DNA of 64,000 bases. Origin: Eutreptiella sp. 'Long Island Sound 2002'. Taxonomy: Eukaryota > Protista > Euglenida. Every line of letters starts with the position of its first letter. The stretch's first letter is position 1. This document shows, piece by piece, positions 13,351 through 26,500 of the stretch. The notes beneath the pieces are model-generated. The model saw nothing but the letters and a program-made list of their open reading frames with translations. It did not search any database and was not told the origin of the DNA. The position numbers and the translations under genes were made by a program. The stretch is taken from NCBI GenBank assembly GCA_964036045.1, contig OZ038378.1:11842001-11906000 (forward strand), written 5' to 3'.

Positions 13351-13739
13351 TTGTCGTGGATGTCCCCCAGCACAGTGCACTACCCGTTGAAGAAGTTATG
13401 TTGATCATCTCTCATGAGTTCTCACTAGATTGTGGATCTCTAACCATACTCGCCACCATGGGCTCCTTGCCTAGGGCATCCCACCTCCTTAGACAAGGCA
13501 ATAGGTTGTTGGGATGCCCCTTCCTTCCCTAATGCCCAGGATGGGGACGACGGCAAGGGCAATGAGTCAGAGTAGTTGTAGCAGCAAGTTCGGGTTTACT
13601 TCAAGGTGCACAGTCCTCAGGGGATGGGTATACCGGGGGCAAGGCCAGAGACTGAGAGAGTAAGCCCGTACACGTGCGCCGTGCACCTGTTCGTGGCTCA
13701 ATCCACTGCCCGGCCGGTCCTTTAGGAAGTTGAGCAACG

Positions 13740-14110
13740 CCGGATGTCCACTTGTGGCGCCCCCCTCCCCCCCCCCGCTGGGGCCCGGAGCACCGGGCAC
13801 ACACAACCCCCCACACGCACCAACCACGGCCCACTGGAGAACGACAAAGGTGTGCCCCTGCCTTGAATGCCCCCCCCCCCCCCGCAGGACCCCAGCGCGC
13901 GCAGACACACAGGCACGGCGGCATCTCCCTCCCACCAGCGCCTTGGTGGGGTACGGGGGTCGTCAGCAGTCTGGACGGCTGTGAGACCAGACAACCAGAG
14001 GGGGGTACCCAGTCGAGCCGGTGAGGTACGGGCACACTGGCCGTGGGTCACCACCTTTGGCGCAAGCCGAGACCCAACCCAACCCAACCCCCTCCCCCCC
14101 CCCCCCCCGC
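13740..14110 (+). mobile_element. Dispersed SINE-like repeat family X, copy 1
   Basis: Core cacacaggca(c/t)ggcgg(c/t)atctccctccc...gggg..gtcagcagtc is shared with 50440-50760 (+) and 62140-62430 (-); ends in a (CCCAA)n tail. Confidence 0.65.
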
Positions 14111-15629
14111 CTTTGAGGATTGGTCAGCAGGCGTGTGCAACACAGCGTCCCCTGTTCCATGGCCTGCCCTCGTAGTCGCCTACGACTGGGATCGCTTGGC
14201 AGGTGCCATGTCAATGCCAAAAGGAGTCGCCGTGCGCACGACCTCTGCGTACGTGCACCATGCGGACGGTCTCAGGGGGATACGGGCGTGGGTGTGCGTG
14301 GGGTGGTGCCGCTCGTGCCATCACCGCACAGCGTACGGAAGGATCGGCACTGCGTGGAATGCGTGTGGGCTGTAGTAGTGACACGCGGCCGGACCCGCAA
14401 AACTCTTATCCGAAAATCGGGCTTTGTGAGCCGGGGATTCGCAAGCTTAGCCACGATTCCTGAGACCTGTGCGGTCATTTTCCTGCTGGTGTAGTGCTTG
14501 TACGCAGACCTCCATGTGGTCCTCTAGTGACCTTGTGACTTCGGTGTGATGCTTGTTCTCATCACTTCGCTTGCTCCCTCCGATTGTCCGTGCATTGCGC
14601 AGGGCCTTACCCCCGCTCCATCATGTCCAGGGGTATCCTGAGTTGATAGGGTTTCAATTGTGGTCTCAGAGCCCGGCTTGTGTGGGCTGCGGGCGATGCG
14701 CTGATTGCAGTTCGCTGTCCCCCAACCAACTCACCCCATACCCGGCGGGTATGGGCGCAGCGGAGGCAGATGACGCCCTTTGGCGATTGGCTGAGGCAAG
14801 TCGATGGTGAAATGCCTCCCCCCCACCGCTCGGGCGCGTCCAGCCCGGTTGCCCTGACTTGTGCTGATCGGAGGCAATAACGCCACATGGTTTCGCACAC
14901 TGCGCACCCCCTTGTCCCTGCGTTGGATGGGGTCAGCGGAGACCTTCAGCAACGGGACATGCAAAAATGGGTGTCCCTCCCGCGGAAGGTGCGATCCGTA
15001 TGGAGCAGTCGCACGACGCCATACCATTTGACTAGGAGGAGCGGGGGGGGGGGAGGAGCTGTGACCCTCAGACGGGGCGCAGGTCTGCACCTCGCAGTTG
15101 GGACTGGCTAGGCCCTGTTGTTATCAATGATGCATGCAATAGGCAGCACCTGATGCCCTGTGAGGAATGCGGGAAAGATTGAGGCCCACGCTACGCCTTG
15201 ACCATCCAAGGGGCCCCATTGAGTGCGTGTTAATGCTTCTGTGCAACGTGCGTTGCACAGAAGCAACGCGGTGTCCCAGCTACACTCCGGATAGGGACCG
15301 TTTTGGGACCTGAGCGTAGATTGGACACAGGGCTAAGGGTGTAGCTCTGAGCGCGATCTTGTCCTGCAGGAATTAGGATGGAGGCATCTGTACGGACTGG
15401 TTTTTACTGGAGGAGTGGCTGGGGTCTGTCGCCATATTTTCCAAGAACAAAGTGTGTCCGATGCGTTGTTCTCCAATGCCCTTGTCCACTTTGTTGCAAC
15501 GCTCTGCAGGCGGTATTTCTGTCAGTGTCTGTGTGTGTGCACGCGCGCATGTGGCAGCCTGCATGGGCATTCATGTGCGTAGGGGTAGTCATGTGCCATT
15601 GCTGCGTTTTTTTTTTTGCTTTGTTGAAG

Positions 15630-15970
15630 CATAATTGACGTGAAGTTGAGTGGCATGCACTTGTAAGACCTCCGTCTATGGTTGTTTTGGAGATGATGTA
15701 GAAAGTGGTGGTATTTGTGTCAATTAGGGTGGGGTTACGGGTTGAAGATGCGGCAGTGGATGTGGCTGTTGTGCCGGATTCTCGCCATAATATGCCATTG
15801 CACTCTGCTTGTTTGAAACAAAACTGACGTGAAGTAGAGTGGCACACACTGCTGAAGCATCCGTCTGTGGTCGTTCTGGAGAAAATCCGCAAAGTGGCGG
15901 TATTTTGTGTCAATTAGGCTAGGGTTACGGGTTGGAAAGGCGGCAGTGGATGTGGCTGTTGTGCACAATT
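15630..15970. repeat. ~188-bp degenerate tandem repeat (satellite family S)
   Basis: tgacgtgaagt(t/a)gagtggca...gtcaattagg...gggttacgggttg...ggcagtggatgtggctgttgtgc at about 15635 and 15825; same family at 32256-32955. Confidence 0.8.
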
Positions 15971-16029
15971 CTCAACATAATGTTTCATTGCCTTTTGCTT
16001 TGTCGAAGCCATCATGGTCGAATGACGCC

Positions 16030-16412
16030 CGAAAAGCATGCGAGTCAATAAGTGCCTCAACATTAATCGATTCAAGTCAGCGCCTGGCGGATGCCTCTGT
16101 TAGATTCGACAAGTTTGCCAGACGCTCTGCCTGCACCGTTCTGTTTCTTCTGCTGCCTGGTTCCTGCCTATTGCGGCAGGGGCTGTATGTATGGTCCGTC
16201 TCGAGGGCCTCTTCAACTGCACCCAATGTTTGCGCATGTGTGTGTTTGTCGTGCGCAAAAACCCCCCGGCGCCTTTCAACACTAGCCTGTGTATTGACTG
16301 CACCCATACGGAGGACCGCTGCACGGTGCGCATGCGACAGCATAGGCCCCAACTGCTTCGCTACAGTCAGCAATTTCGCCGGTTCATGCTTCGATTTTGC
16401 GAATCCAGACAT
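16030..16412 (-). mobile_element. hAT-like transposase C-terminal relic
   Basis: KLLTVAKQLGPML...TQASVERRRGVF...RRNRTVQAERLANL resembles the hAT S.ASVER.FS...RNRL..ER pattern. Confidence 0.5.
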
Positions 16413-17184
16413 CCATGACGCTCATGTCACCGGCGCACCGTGCACCTTATTCCCCTTCCACGGCAGCGGATGTGTGCCACGTGGATTTCGCGTTGAGATG
16501 CAGAGCCCACTGCAACCTTTCAAATGGAGCAGGACACCCCCACTTTCGTCCCGAGTGCAGTAGAGACCGTATTTCATTTGGGACTTGCTTTTGCATGCGA
16601 TATTACTTGTATCGATGCTTCCGGCAGCTACATCGGATTGCCGGCGCGCTTTGTGGGCAGACTGCACATAAAGACGTGCCATTTTGGCGTTGTTTGGGGT
16701 TGTTTGGTGGCCAGCTCCACGGAACTGGTTCGCTATCGCGAATCGTCGGGGCAACAGTCGCCAATCTGGGCCGCAGGAGCTGCAAATGCAGACGATTGCC
16801 TGAGGCGCAACAGAAGACGCACCGTTTGGGCTGTTGTGTGAGGCCCGTGCGCGCCGCGCTGCTTCCCCCTCTGTGACCACGTTTGTCCGTGCCGCATAAT
16901 GCGTGCACTGTGCAGACCTGAGGGAGAAGGCAATGGGTCGCCTCTTGGATTGGGGTGCGGTGCCGTACGTCGTCGGAGGAGATGCGGGCGTCTGTGCGCT
17001 GGCCGGAGCTCAGTCTTTTGGCGCCTTGCGGCGGATTTACGACTGTGTGGTCGGGCGCGCTCCCATAAGTATGCCACCATCTTGCACCGTGTCCCTGCAT
17101 GTTGCCATACCGGGATGGGGGTCCATGGTGCTGTGCATGGACTACTGTCCAGGGGTTTACCGAGAAGTATGACCCTGCAGGGGA

Positions 17185-17535
17185 CCCCCCCCCCCCCTCC
17201 TCCCTTGCGCAAGCACGGCCGAAGTCAGGGTAAACGATGGTCAGACCGCGTGCTAATTAGACAAGGCCGAGCTTACGCACGACCACCAGCGGTTCTTTGG
17301 AGGGTTGGGATTCACTACAACAACATTCACCGAAAATGACATCCAAACAAATGGAAGTGGGCTGCAGTCTTAAGCGCAATGTTGTTTGGAGCAGAAGCAG
17401 CTCTTCACAGGCACGAGGTTCAAAGAATTGCGTTTTTGACCACAATGATGGTGATGAAAAAAGCAACGGTCAGATGGCATTGCCGTGCCTAGACAAGGTC
17501 GTGCCAGTGCAAAAGGGCGGGGGGGGGGGGGTTCG
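17185..17535. mobile_element. MITE-like segment with imperfect inverted ends; related ends dispersed
   Basis: Left end ccc..cccttgcgcaagcacggcc versus right end aaggtcgtgccagtgcaaaagggc-polyG; related motifs at about 6535-6575, 7140-7165 and 56275-56305. Confidence 0.4.
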
Positions 17536-18993
17536 GGCCTGTCTTTCTGGCGTGATGGCTGGGGATGCAGAGGACCGGGAGAGGGAGAGACTGGCAGATG
17601 AATATGAAGATGAAAGAAGACAAAAACGTGCGTCTTATCACACGCACGGGCGCACTCTGACAGTGTATTGTTTAACGCTTTGCACGTGCGCATAGCAACT
17701 GCGGTTTCCTGTGCTTTGGTTGTGACCTTTTGCTTTTGGTCTTGCTCAAGTGTTTGGATTTCTGTCGCCCTGTCTTTTGGGAATGTGGGGATGCGTCATC
17801 AACGAGACATGCACAGCGCAGTCAACGTGGTGAGGAGAGCATGAAGAGACCCGAGACAAGTGAGCGACCGGACTTCTTAGGCAGCCGAGACCCTCAACTG
17901 TTCTTAACACTTTGTGAACAAATCACCGTTTTGACCCCCGGCCCCGTTAACATTGACAAACAGTTGGGAGGCAGGGGCGAAAAGCAAGCCTCCCCCGTCC
18001 CTGTCCAAGGTACGTCTGGCATTCCGACAGTACATCAAGTGTCACGCGGCGGAGCCGCGACACACATCATGCAGATTGTCCTACCTTGTCCTGAGCCGTG
18101 GGCTCCAACCCCAGTGCGTCCCACTCTGTGACCCGGCGACGTTTCGAGAGCGGGGTCGGGTTATTGGGCTGCAGTCGGCTCCCCAGGCGGGTCAGGTTAT
18201 CTGCCCCGTCAGTGCCACTGACATGAAGATGTGAGGGTACCGGAACTGCCCCTGGCCTTCCCCCGCCTCCCGGAGCCACACCAGACGTCCCTTGGCCACA
18301 GAACGACGATGGTCGTCACCCTCCAGAATCACTCTGGCATTGGAGGGTAATCAAGAATTCTCCGGTTGTGGCCAAAAGGCACGAGCCTGACCTGAAACCT
18401 AATCCGTGCCGGTGCCTAACGGCGCTTTGCTGGACCGATTGAACAATGTGTGGTAAGGGGTTGGCTCAGAAGACTGAGGGATCACGGTGGTGTCAATGAC
18501 ACGCAAGGAGAGTGTTGGCGGGCGGATAATCAAGATTTGGCATCAGACATGACGGCCCCTAATGGCGCCTTGGTGGACATTGTGGACAATCTGTGGTGCA
18601 AGGTAGGGTGTCGTGTGCCAGAATGATTGCGGAGGGTGTCGGCCGTCGTCGATTGCTGGCCAGGGTACGTCCAGCTCTGCTCCCGAGGCAGCAGGACTTT
18701 CAGTGTCATGGCCATCGTCGGATTATGGCCAAGGTTCGTCGTAAACCTGACCATGAACTGAGTGATATGTTTGGAGTGATCCCGGAGATTGACGACCATC
18801 GTCACTCTTACGGCCAAGCTGTGGCTTGTATGGCTTGTGCAAGGTACAGCTGGCCCAAGGTACTGCGGCAATGGTGCGCGGACAGTCTGCCTGCAGCTAT
18901 CTGAGCATTTGTTGTATGGCAGCTGCCGGGGTTTGACGATTGAGGTTTACATGGGATTTTCAAGCGGGTGCCTCGGAAGCCCACGGTAGCGCA

Positions 18994-19131
18994 GTACAAC
19001 ACACATGCCCTAGTAAAGGTAGACAAGCGTGCAGAGGGGGCAGAAGTGGGGGCCACGGCTACGGGGGCGCCACAGATGGCATATAACAAGTAGCACAGTG
19101 GGTGACCACGAAGCAATTCTCCACCATACTA
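18994..19131 (+). repeat. 138-bp dispersed repeat, copy 2
   Basis: Near-identical to 2808-2945. Confidence 0.9.
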
Positions 19132-21599
19132 TGTACCTCAAGTTGCGTACCTCAATGAGTGTCGCGGTTTCTCTGCTTTCGTGCCCAATTCGGTGACATG
19201 TTCCCTAGGGTGATTGCGGAGGGGGAACAACAATTGTCAGATGGTGGCCAAGGTCCTGCTTGCCCAAGGTACAGTGTCTACCAAATGGGTACCCGATTTC
19301 AGTACCGAATGTAGTAATGCATCAAGAAGTCGGGTCGGCGTTTCGACGCTGTGCTTTTGGCTGTGGCGCTGTCAGGGAAGGGGGTTTCTTGTGCGCTGGT
19401 GCGTGCTTCTTGCGCGGTGTGCTTTCATGTGTTTGCCTGTGGCATGGGTTGTGGGGTTGAAACGCACACTGCGTCGGCAGATTGCAACGGTGCGTCTGAA
19501 GCGTATTTTGAGAGGGACTCTAAAATGAAGCCTTCTGCACTGGCAGATGTACTGGTGTCCGCTGGCGGATGTGGGGATTTGTGGGTAGGCGTACCTTTGC
19601 TATTTGCAGGCTCTCAGACGTTCTATGACGTCGCCACTTTGAGCACGGCCGTGTGGCAAATGGATGCCAGCGCTTTGGACTCTTGGGACATGCTCTGTGC
19701 GTATCTCGCCGGGATGTTGTACAGTGCCGTTGTCAGGTGTCTGCCCCTGGATCAGCGCTCAGCCCCACTGTTGTGTGGCCGTTGGAGGGGTCGCAGCAGC
19801 AGCAGCAGCAGTTGGTTGTGGTTGTGGTTGTGGGTTTGCGTCGTCGTCGTCGCCGTCGTCGTCCTCGATGATTCGTGCTGTCGGTAATCCGTGTTGCAAT
19901 CCTGTCCGCACTACAGGACTGGCTGATACGGGCTGTAAATTCGTGTGAGGGGTGGAGTGGGAACTTGCGGCTGTTGAGTGCGCTGTGGGTTTGTGCAAAG
20001 GGTCTGACGGATAGTCTTCTGGGGGTGGGTGGGTGAGGGGGGATCGCGTCAGGAGGGCACCGCAAGGCGTAATGGGGGCAGCGCAGGGCGTGTGGGGGTA
20101 GTGCGGAGCGTGTGGGGCCGCGAGAGGTGACCCCGCGTGTCCTCGATGCTCGGTCTTTCACGCACGACGCACGCGCGCGCGCACACACACACGTGAAACC
20201 CAAACTCCTGGACCGCGTTGTCAAGCAAAGGCCTGAGCTCGCTCTCATCTGCTACAGGGGCACACCGCGGCGCTGGTGGCGCAGGATTTGTTCGTACGTG
20301 CGGAGCTTGCGGCAGCCTCAAGAGCCCGAAGACCGCCGGAAACCAGTGGATCCGGAACACAGAAGGAGTCTGCTGGCAGGGGCTGCGGAGGATCGCCAGT
20401 TCCGTACCTCTGCACCTTCGCGGAGCAGTGCATCGGGGGACAGGCGTGGCTTTGGCCCGAACTTGAAGTACCGCATGGGCTGAGGAGGGGGCAGGGCTTG
20501 AGAAGCGGACGGTGGCTACGGGGCGGTGGGGGCTTGAGGTCCCCCCCCCCTTGTTCCTGCCCCACTTCACCGAACACTGCGTGCCCCTGAACCGCAGCGT
20601 GTCGTCAGGTAATCGCTAACCACCGTCGGGTGGACCGCATCCGGCAGTCTGCTTCAGGGAAAAGTAAGGGCGGTCTGCGCACGGCCACCTGGTCCCTGTG
20701 TGGGAGGGACCACACCTGCGGAACCTTGGAAGCCCGCCGAGGGCCACGCTGGGGTGCCACACCCATGGCCCGGGGGCCTGGGGATGGGAGGGGGGTTTGC
20801 GGAGTTAAGTGCTGCGCCGGTGGGGGGTACCGGTCTATGGCCTCTGCAGTTGGAGGGTTTTTACCCATCACTTCTACGCCCCTCACCCTGTTGGTGCACC
20901 TCCCCTATCCCTGCCTAGTGCAGCTCACAGGACCCTCTGAGGGTTGGTTACGGCGGCTGGTGGTGGAGGGTGCAGTGAACCTCCCCCACGGGGGGCGCCC
21001 AGGTGCAGCCCCGGACACCGGACACCGACACCCCCTGAGCATTTTGGCCCTATGAAGGGGGGGAGGGGGGCTCCCGTTGCTGCTGCTAACCCCTGCCTTC
21101 TCGGCACTGAGCAAGCGCTGCGCTCAGCGCCAAAGGACTGAGCTTTTGGCAATCCGCAGCATACCTTGTTGTTGTCATGACCACTGTTTTGCAGTTGGGT
21201 TAGACATTCTTCGCGGGTTTTCCAAAGGACGCCTGACACGCACCGGCGAGTCAAGATCCCTTCCGAATCCTCAAAAAACTTCCGAATCCTCAAAAGCCCT
21301 CAGGAATCGTACCTGATTCTCTCAACCCTTCACTTTTTACATATCTGCCCCGAAACAGGCACGCATCAGCTGTTTTGAGTGCACACGCACGCAATGGGCG
21401 GCTGAAACCGTCATTAGTATCAACACAAAAAAAATAGGGGCAGAATCCACGAGGGCAAAGCAGAAATGCTGGTGGGTAAACGCGTAGTACGAACAGTGCC
21501 ATGTAGTTTGTGTGACCTCATTTTGCTGATCGTGGTGATTGGTGGAAGGGACTGGGAATGGGAGGGGGGCAAAACCTAATCAAGGTGCGCTAGGCGAAG

Positions 21600-21916
21600 G
21601 TGTAGGTGGAGCCTTTGCTGGACTAACCCCGTTCAACACAGGCACTCACCGAGAGCTACTGGAATGCAACCGGTCAAAGGCCCATAACTTCAAAAAGGAG
21701 TGGGAAGGACTGACGATGCCCATTGTTGAGTGCATAACGCACTGTCGAAAAAGCACTGAGCGAGAACCTACTGCATATCTGCTTTTCGGCCTGTTGTCTG
21801 CATGCGCGCAGCACGGCGTCAAGGGAGTGGTGTGCGCGACCACGCCGGGCGGGTGGGGGTGTGCACTGCCCTGGGCCCTGTCCACTCCCCTGCCAGCGCT
21901 GGCAGAAGGTTCCCAT
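21600..21916 (-). mobile_element. hAT-like transposase dimerisation-domain relic (pseudogenised)
   Basis: Minus frame: ...QSFPLLFEVMGL*PVAFQ*LSVSACVERG*S, which is the FP.L..l..l.......SA..ERGFS motif with in-frame stops. Confidence 0.6.
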
Positions 21917-23014
21917 TCAGTCATTGCCAGGGCCGTGAAAGTGCTCGCCACAACACATGATGGCGGAATTGTGTCACAGGGCCAGAGAGCCCGGATCACC
22001 AAGTGTGGCACATCGGTGGTGCACCGCAGTGCCGGGCATTGGGCCAGTGAAATTGTTCGTGGGGCGTTGGAGGCCATCCCCCGGTCAGGGGCCTGCATTC
22101 CCCAGGCCCAATTTGTCCCCCTGCTGGGGACCTCCGGGAATAGCCACATGGCGGCAGACCTCCGTCTTCGAACCTTTTCGTCCAGAGCCATCAAATGCGC
22201 GCCCTATGGAGCCGCTGGGGGATTTGAGGCCGCGCTGCGCCTTCCTGCTTTGTGGGGATGCAGTTGTAGGAGCGAGGTATGGTCATATGACCTCCCAGGA
22301 ACCAGCCGGCATATGTGGCAGCGCCACCTACACATTCATTCTGTGCTGTTGTGGAATTTGGAAGCTGCGATTGTTGGCCTTTGCATGTTGGGTTTTGGTG
22401 TTGGCTGGTTTTGAGATTGGTCCACCCCCATAACCCAAGATTTGATCGCCTTAATAGGCAAACTGAAGGCAATATTTGGTACATTGGCAGTTTTACTGTA
22501 CACATGAACAGTTGGATCCGGCATGCTGCTTAGTTCAAAACCCACCATCATGGGCCTCGTTTAAGATAGGCTTTGTGCACGATTCGAGAGGGGTATGCGG
22601 CACATCAAATGGGTGCTCAAGTGCAGGTGGTCAGATTCAAAGATGTAAGGAAGCGTAAAATGGATGCGGCGCAGGTGCCGTGGATTACGGAGTGCTTACT
22701 CAGTGGTGGGGGCATTTCGTTTCTGAGATGCAACGTGTGAGCTATCCCGTGTCCAGGATGCATTTCAAAGACGTCTGCGGGGACGTGGGGGCTGCCAGAC
22801 ATCGCATTGGCAGAAGAGGCAGAGTGGAAGGTGGGATCACGGTTCAACGTGGATGTGAGCCATACCAGATTAATGAGGGGTGGGGGCTCCGAGGAGTGCG
22901 AATAGAGCACACAGCGGCCGTATGTACCGTGATGAGTTCGTGCCTGCGCATTGGCGTCATCTGACGCACAGACACAGACGAAGGGAACGGGGGTTGGGAA
23001 AGCAGTCATGTGCA

Positions 23015-23246
23015 ATGATGGTGGCTCCCTTCCCTCCCACTCCCCCGAAGCCTTTCACTTCCTGACTGTCTGTTCTTTGGGATCTGATTGTTTCGGTGTC
23101 ACTATCTCATGGCTGGAAAAGGGTCACTGTAGGCCTCTTAACCCACTCTGACACTGCAGCAGCTCCACCTATCGACCCAGATCCCAGCTCCTGGTACTGC
23201 CCCTTTCACGCCATTGCGAAGTAGTTGGGGCAGCCAATTTCACTCA
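23015..23246 (+). repeat. ~220-bp direct repeat R1, copy upstream of phosphatase exon 1
   Basis: atgatggt...cccttccctccc...ccgaagcctttcacttcctg...ggaaaagggtcactgtag...ctctgacactgcagcagctcca...ttcactca; second copy at 23652-23861. Confidence 0.9.
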
Positions 23247-23303
23247 GGCTACGCATGTCATTCACCCCCTTTGCGTTAGGCTATGTGATGTAGTGCTGCG
23301 TTC

Positions 23304-23531
23304 ATGGCTGTCCAACATCTGCCCGCACTGGCCCTGGGTGTCGTTTGTGGCTTTGTACTCGCGCACGTCACACGCAGCCATCGGCCCACCGCATGTCTTC
23401 GCAGCGACTGCCTGCGTGCGGCGGAGGCCGATGCCCTGCGCCAGACCCGAGAGCTGCAGCTGCGACGGGTCAGGCGTAGCGTTCGTGTATTTCTGATCAG
23501 ACATGCACAGAGCGAGTCCAACGCATCGAAG
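23304..23531 (+). CDS. Histidine phosphatase exon 1
   Basis: MAVQHLPALALGVVCGFVLA...VRVFLIRHAQSESNASK; donor aag|gtgttc, phase 0. Confidence 0.85.
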
Positions 23532-26500
23532 GTGTTCTTGTTCCTGCTCAGTTCTGCGTGTTGTTGCCTCGGACAGCCCACTCCCTGGGCTTGGCTTTGC
23601 ACGTTGTGTCTGCATATTCCAGGCGTCTCCACTTTTGCTGCCACATTCCACATGATGGTAGCCCCCTTCCCTCCCCCTTCCCCGAAGCCTTTCACTTCCT
23701 GGCTGTCTGTTTTTTCGGGTCTGATTGTTTCGGTATCATTGATTCATGACTGGAAAAGGGTCACTGTAGACTCTGACACTGCAGCAGCTCCATCAATCGA
23801 CCCAGAGGCCAGCTGCCCCTTTCACGCATCGCGAAGTATCCGGGGCAGCCAAATTCACTCATTTTCTCGATCAAAGCTGATTGGAATGCCACCTACTTTT
23901 CAGTCCCCCCCTTTCAAAGCAGAAAGTGGTATGTTGCTGCTGCTGCGGCTACTGTCGTTGGTGCTGGTGTTGGTGTTAGGTTGGTTTCGTCTGCCATAAT
24001 CTCGCCTACACAACTGTTTGCAAAAGGCCGAGGGATTTACGTCGTCTGGCATTTTGCTCCATTTTCTAAAATGGGTTTAAAAGTCATGTGGAACAAACTG
24101 CCCGACCTGGGCTGGAGCGCCCCTGCCTTTTCTTTGCTTAAAAGGGGCCCTAAGCTTCCTGCTTCCGAGTTTCCTGTCTTCTGATTTGCTCTGGCTTCTG
24201 CTGTTTTTTTTGAAATGGATGTTCGCTTAGGTGGTTTGAAGTTGATAAACGCGGGCATCCTCATGGTGACACGTTGGTGGAGCATGACTCATGGTTCTCT
24301 TACATTGCACCAACGGACCAAAAAAAAGTTGGAAACTGCTATACATATGGCGCACGCTTGACACAGAACCTGAATCAATGGATCACTCTTTGTTTTCTTG
24401 CTGGTTCCTGGAGGATGTGCCCCAGAAGAATCCAGGATCCTCTCTATCAACGAGCCGCACTTCTGAATTGGGTAGCCATGCATGCAATTTTGTCTGATAC
24501 ACTGAAAGGTTCAGTCAGCCTCGTCGGCCCACTTTGGTCTGCTTTCGAAGGCATCTGAATATCTCTGTTCTGGGAAAAGATGCTCCCTCCAAATGTTGCA
24601 ACTACTCCTTGACAAGTTTTTGGATACCCGACAAAACATTCACCAACGTGAAACAGAGTTACCAATACACGCCATCTTCCACAATTATGCTTCCAAACCA
24701 CCGCCCTCAAAAGGCATACTGAAAGCGGACGCTCGTCGGTTGTGCAAATTTCAGCATGCAAAGGAAGCTGGGGTAGTTTTTTTTTTTTGCCTGATAGCTT
24801 CGCAGATGCAGTGTTAGATGTCTTTTCACAGATGAATCAGATGGAGCAGGAAAAATGGAGTGAGTCGGCTGGCAACGCAGGGTGTTTTCTGGTGGGCATT
24901 TCCATCATTTGTCCGATAACCACCAATAGAAAGTTGCATAAAGATCGAAACCGCCTTCAGGCCTTCCAAATGTTTACCATCAGTGAATTGGTGGTTTGCT
25001 CGATTCCTGGTGTGCCACTTCTGGTGTTGGAAGATCAGGGGCTGGAAGGGTTCCACCAGCTGCATTGCGAATGTTGAATTATGGAAAGCAATGTTGATTG
25101 AACTCAAAACCAAATTCTGTAATTCACTTGGTCAACGGTCCATCTCATGAAACTGCCTTGGACTGCACCCTGGTCCTGCACAAGCCGGTGTGGGCTGGGG
25201 ATGTGGGGGGCGGCAGCACTGGCCATGCATGGGGCATCTTCCCGGGCCAGAGATGATGGCGCCCTTCTAGACTTTGCGGTCCGCCCATGACGGAATGTAA
25301 AGCCTGTGCCTGTGCTGACAAGGGGGTGCACGCCGGGGGGGCGGTGATGCTGCAATGGTGAGCAGTGAGGCAAACATTCCCACTATCACCCATCAGACTG
25401 CCCCTCCCCCCTCCCGCCTCTCCTTTCCCCTCACCCTCCCTGCCCCCCCCCCCAAAAAAAATGACCTCAACAAAAGCAGGCCATCGGTGGTACTACACGC
25501 CCCCCCCCCACCCCTTTGGATACCCCCGCTTTAAGTGAAAGGCACCACTTTTTTGACTGGAGCCATGATGGCTGAGCTAAAATTTTCTCTTCCGTGTTTG
25601 ACCGCAGTCAATTTGGGCCAAAAGCTAACAGCTGAGCACTGAGCACCTCTAGCGGCGCCAGGGGGTAGACCCAGACCCCTCCCCCCCCCCCCCCCATGTC
25701 GTCTGGCCCTTAAGTACTGCTGTGCATCGCCCTACGGCCCTCATTCTGTGCTGCCCCCAGAACCATCTTCACAACGGTCGCCACACGTCCGTTCCCTTGA
25801 GCGCAAAGGGTGAGGCTCAGGCTGAGGCTCTGGGCCGGCGCCTCGCCGCGTGTGGCACACGGCCCCATGCGGTGTACGCCAGCGATGCCGTGCGGGCACA
25901 GCAGACCGCAAGGACTGCACTGCGGATGATGGCGGTGCTGGACACTTCTTTCGAGACCCCGCAAGTGCAGGACGCGGGGCCCCGGATCGGAGAGATCTGC
26001 ATGGGCGGATGGACAGGTATCCCCCGTCCACGCAACGTCTTGTTGGCACGATTACGCCCCCCCTGCCCCGTGAAGCTGCTGCCAGCGCGCGCAGGGCTGC
26101 GGGCATCACGGCAGCACATGACTGCCATCGAGCAATGGGGCACACATTCCCCTGTCACCCACAAAACTGCAGCCCCTCCCCCTCCTAACATGCTGCCCCC
26201 GACTAAAGACCTCCATCAACAAAAGCAGGTCTGTCACTGGACACCACTTGTACTACACGGCCTTTATGACCCCCCCCCCCCCCCACACACACACACATAG
26301 AGAGAGAGCCAGGGCGGGTTAGCGTGTGAAGCGCCGCACGCTAGTGAGAGGGCATGGGCCCCCAGCAGGTGACAATCCGTACTGGCCCCCCGGCAGCGAT
26401 GCCCGGGAAAGGGGGGATCACAGAAGGCAACAGGCTGTTTCGCCACAGAAACCTATGCCACGCCCACGGTAGAGCAGGGCTCCAAGCGGGGGCAGCAGTA

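Noticed and set aside
19214-20483. Coding-like ORFs (19351-19887, 20112-20483, CGACG motif)
   Set aside because: There are in-frame stops upstream, microsatellite-derived ends and no consistent splice chain or motif. They may be a TE or pseudogene but cannot be supported.
21539-22414. 291-aa plus-strand ORF
   Set aside because: It has no recognisable domain and appears to be the antisense shadow of a minus-strand hAT relic.
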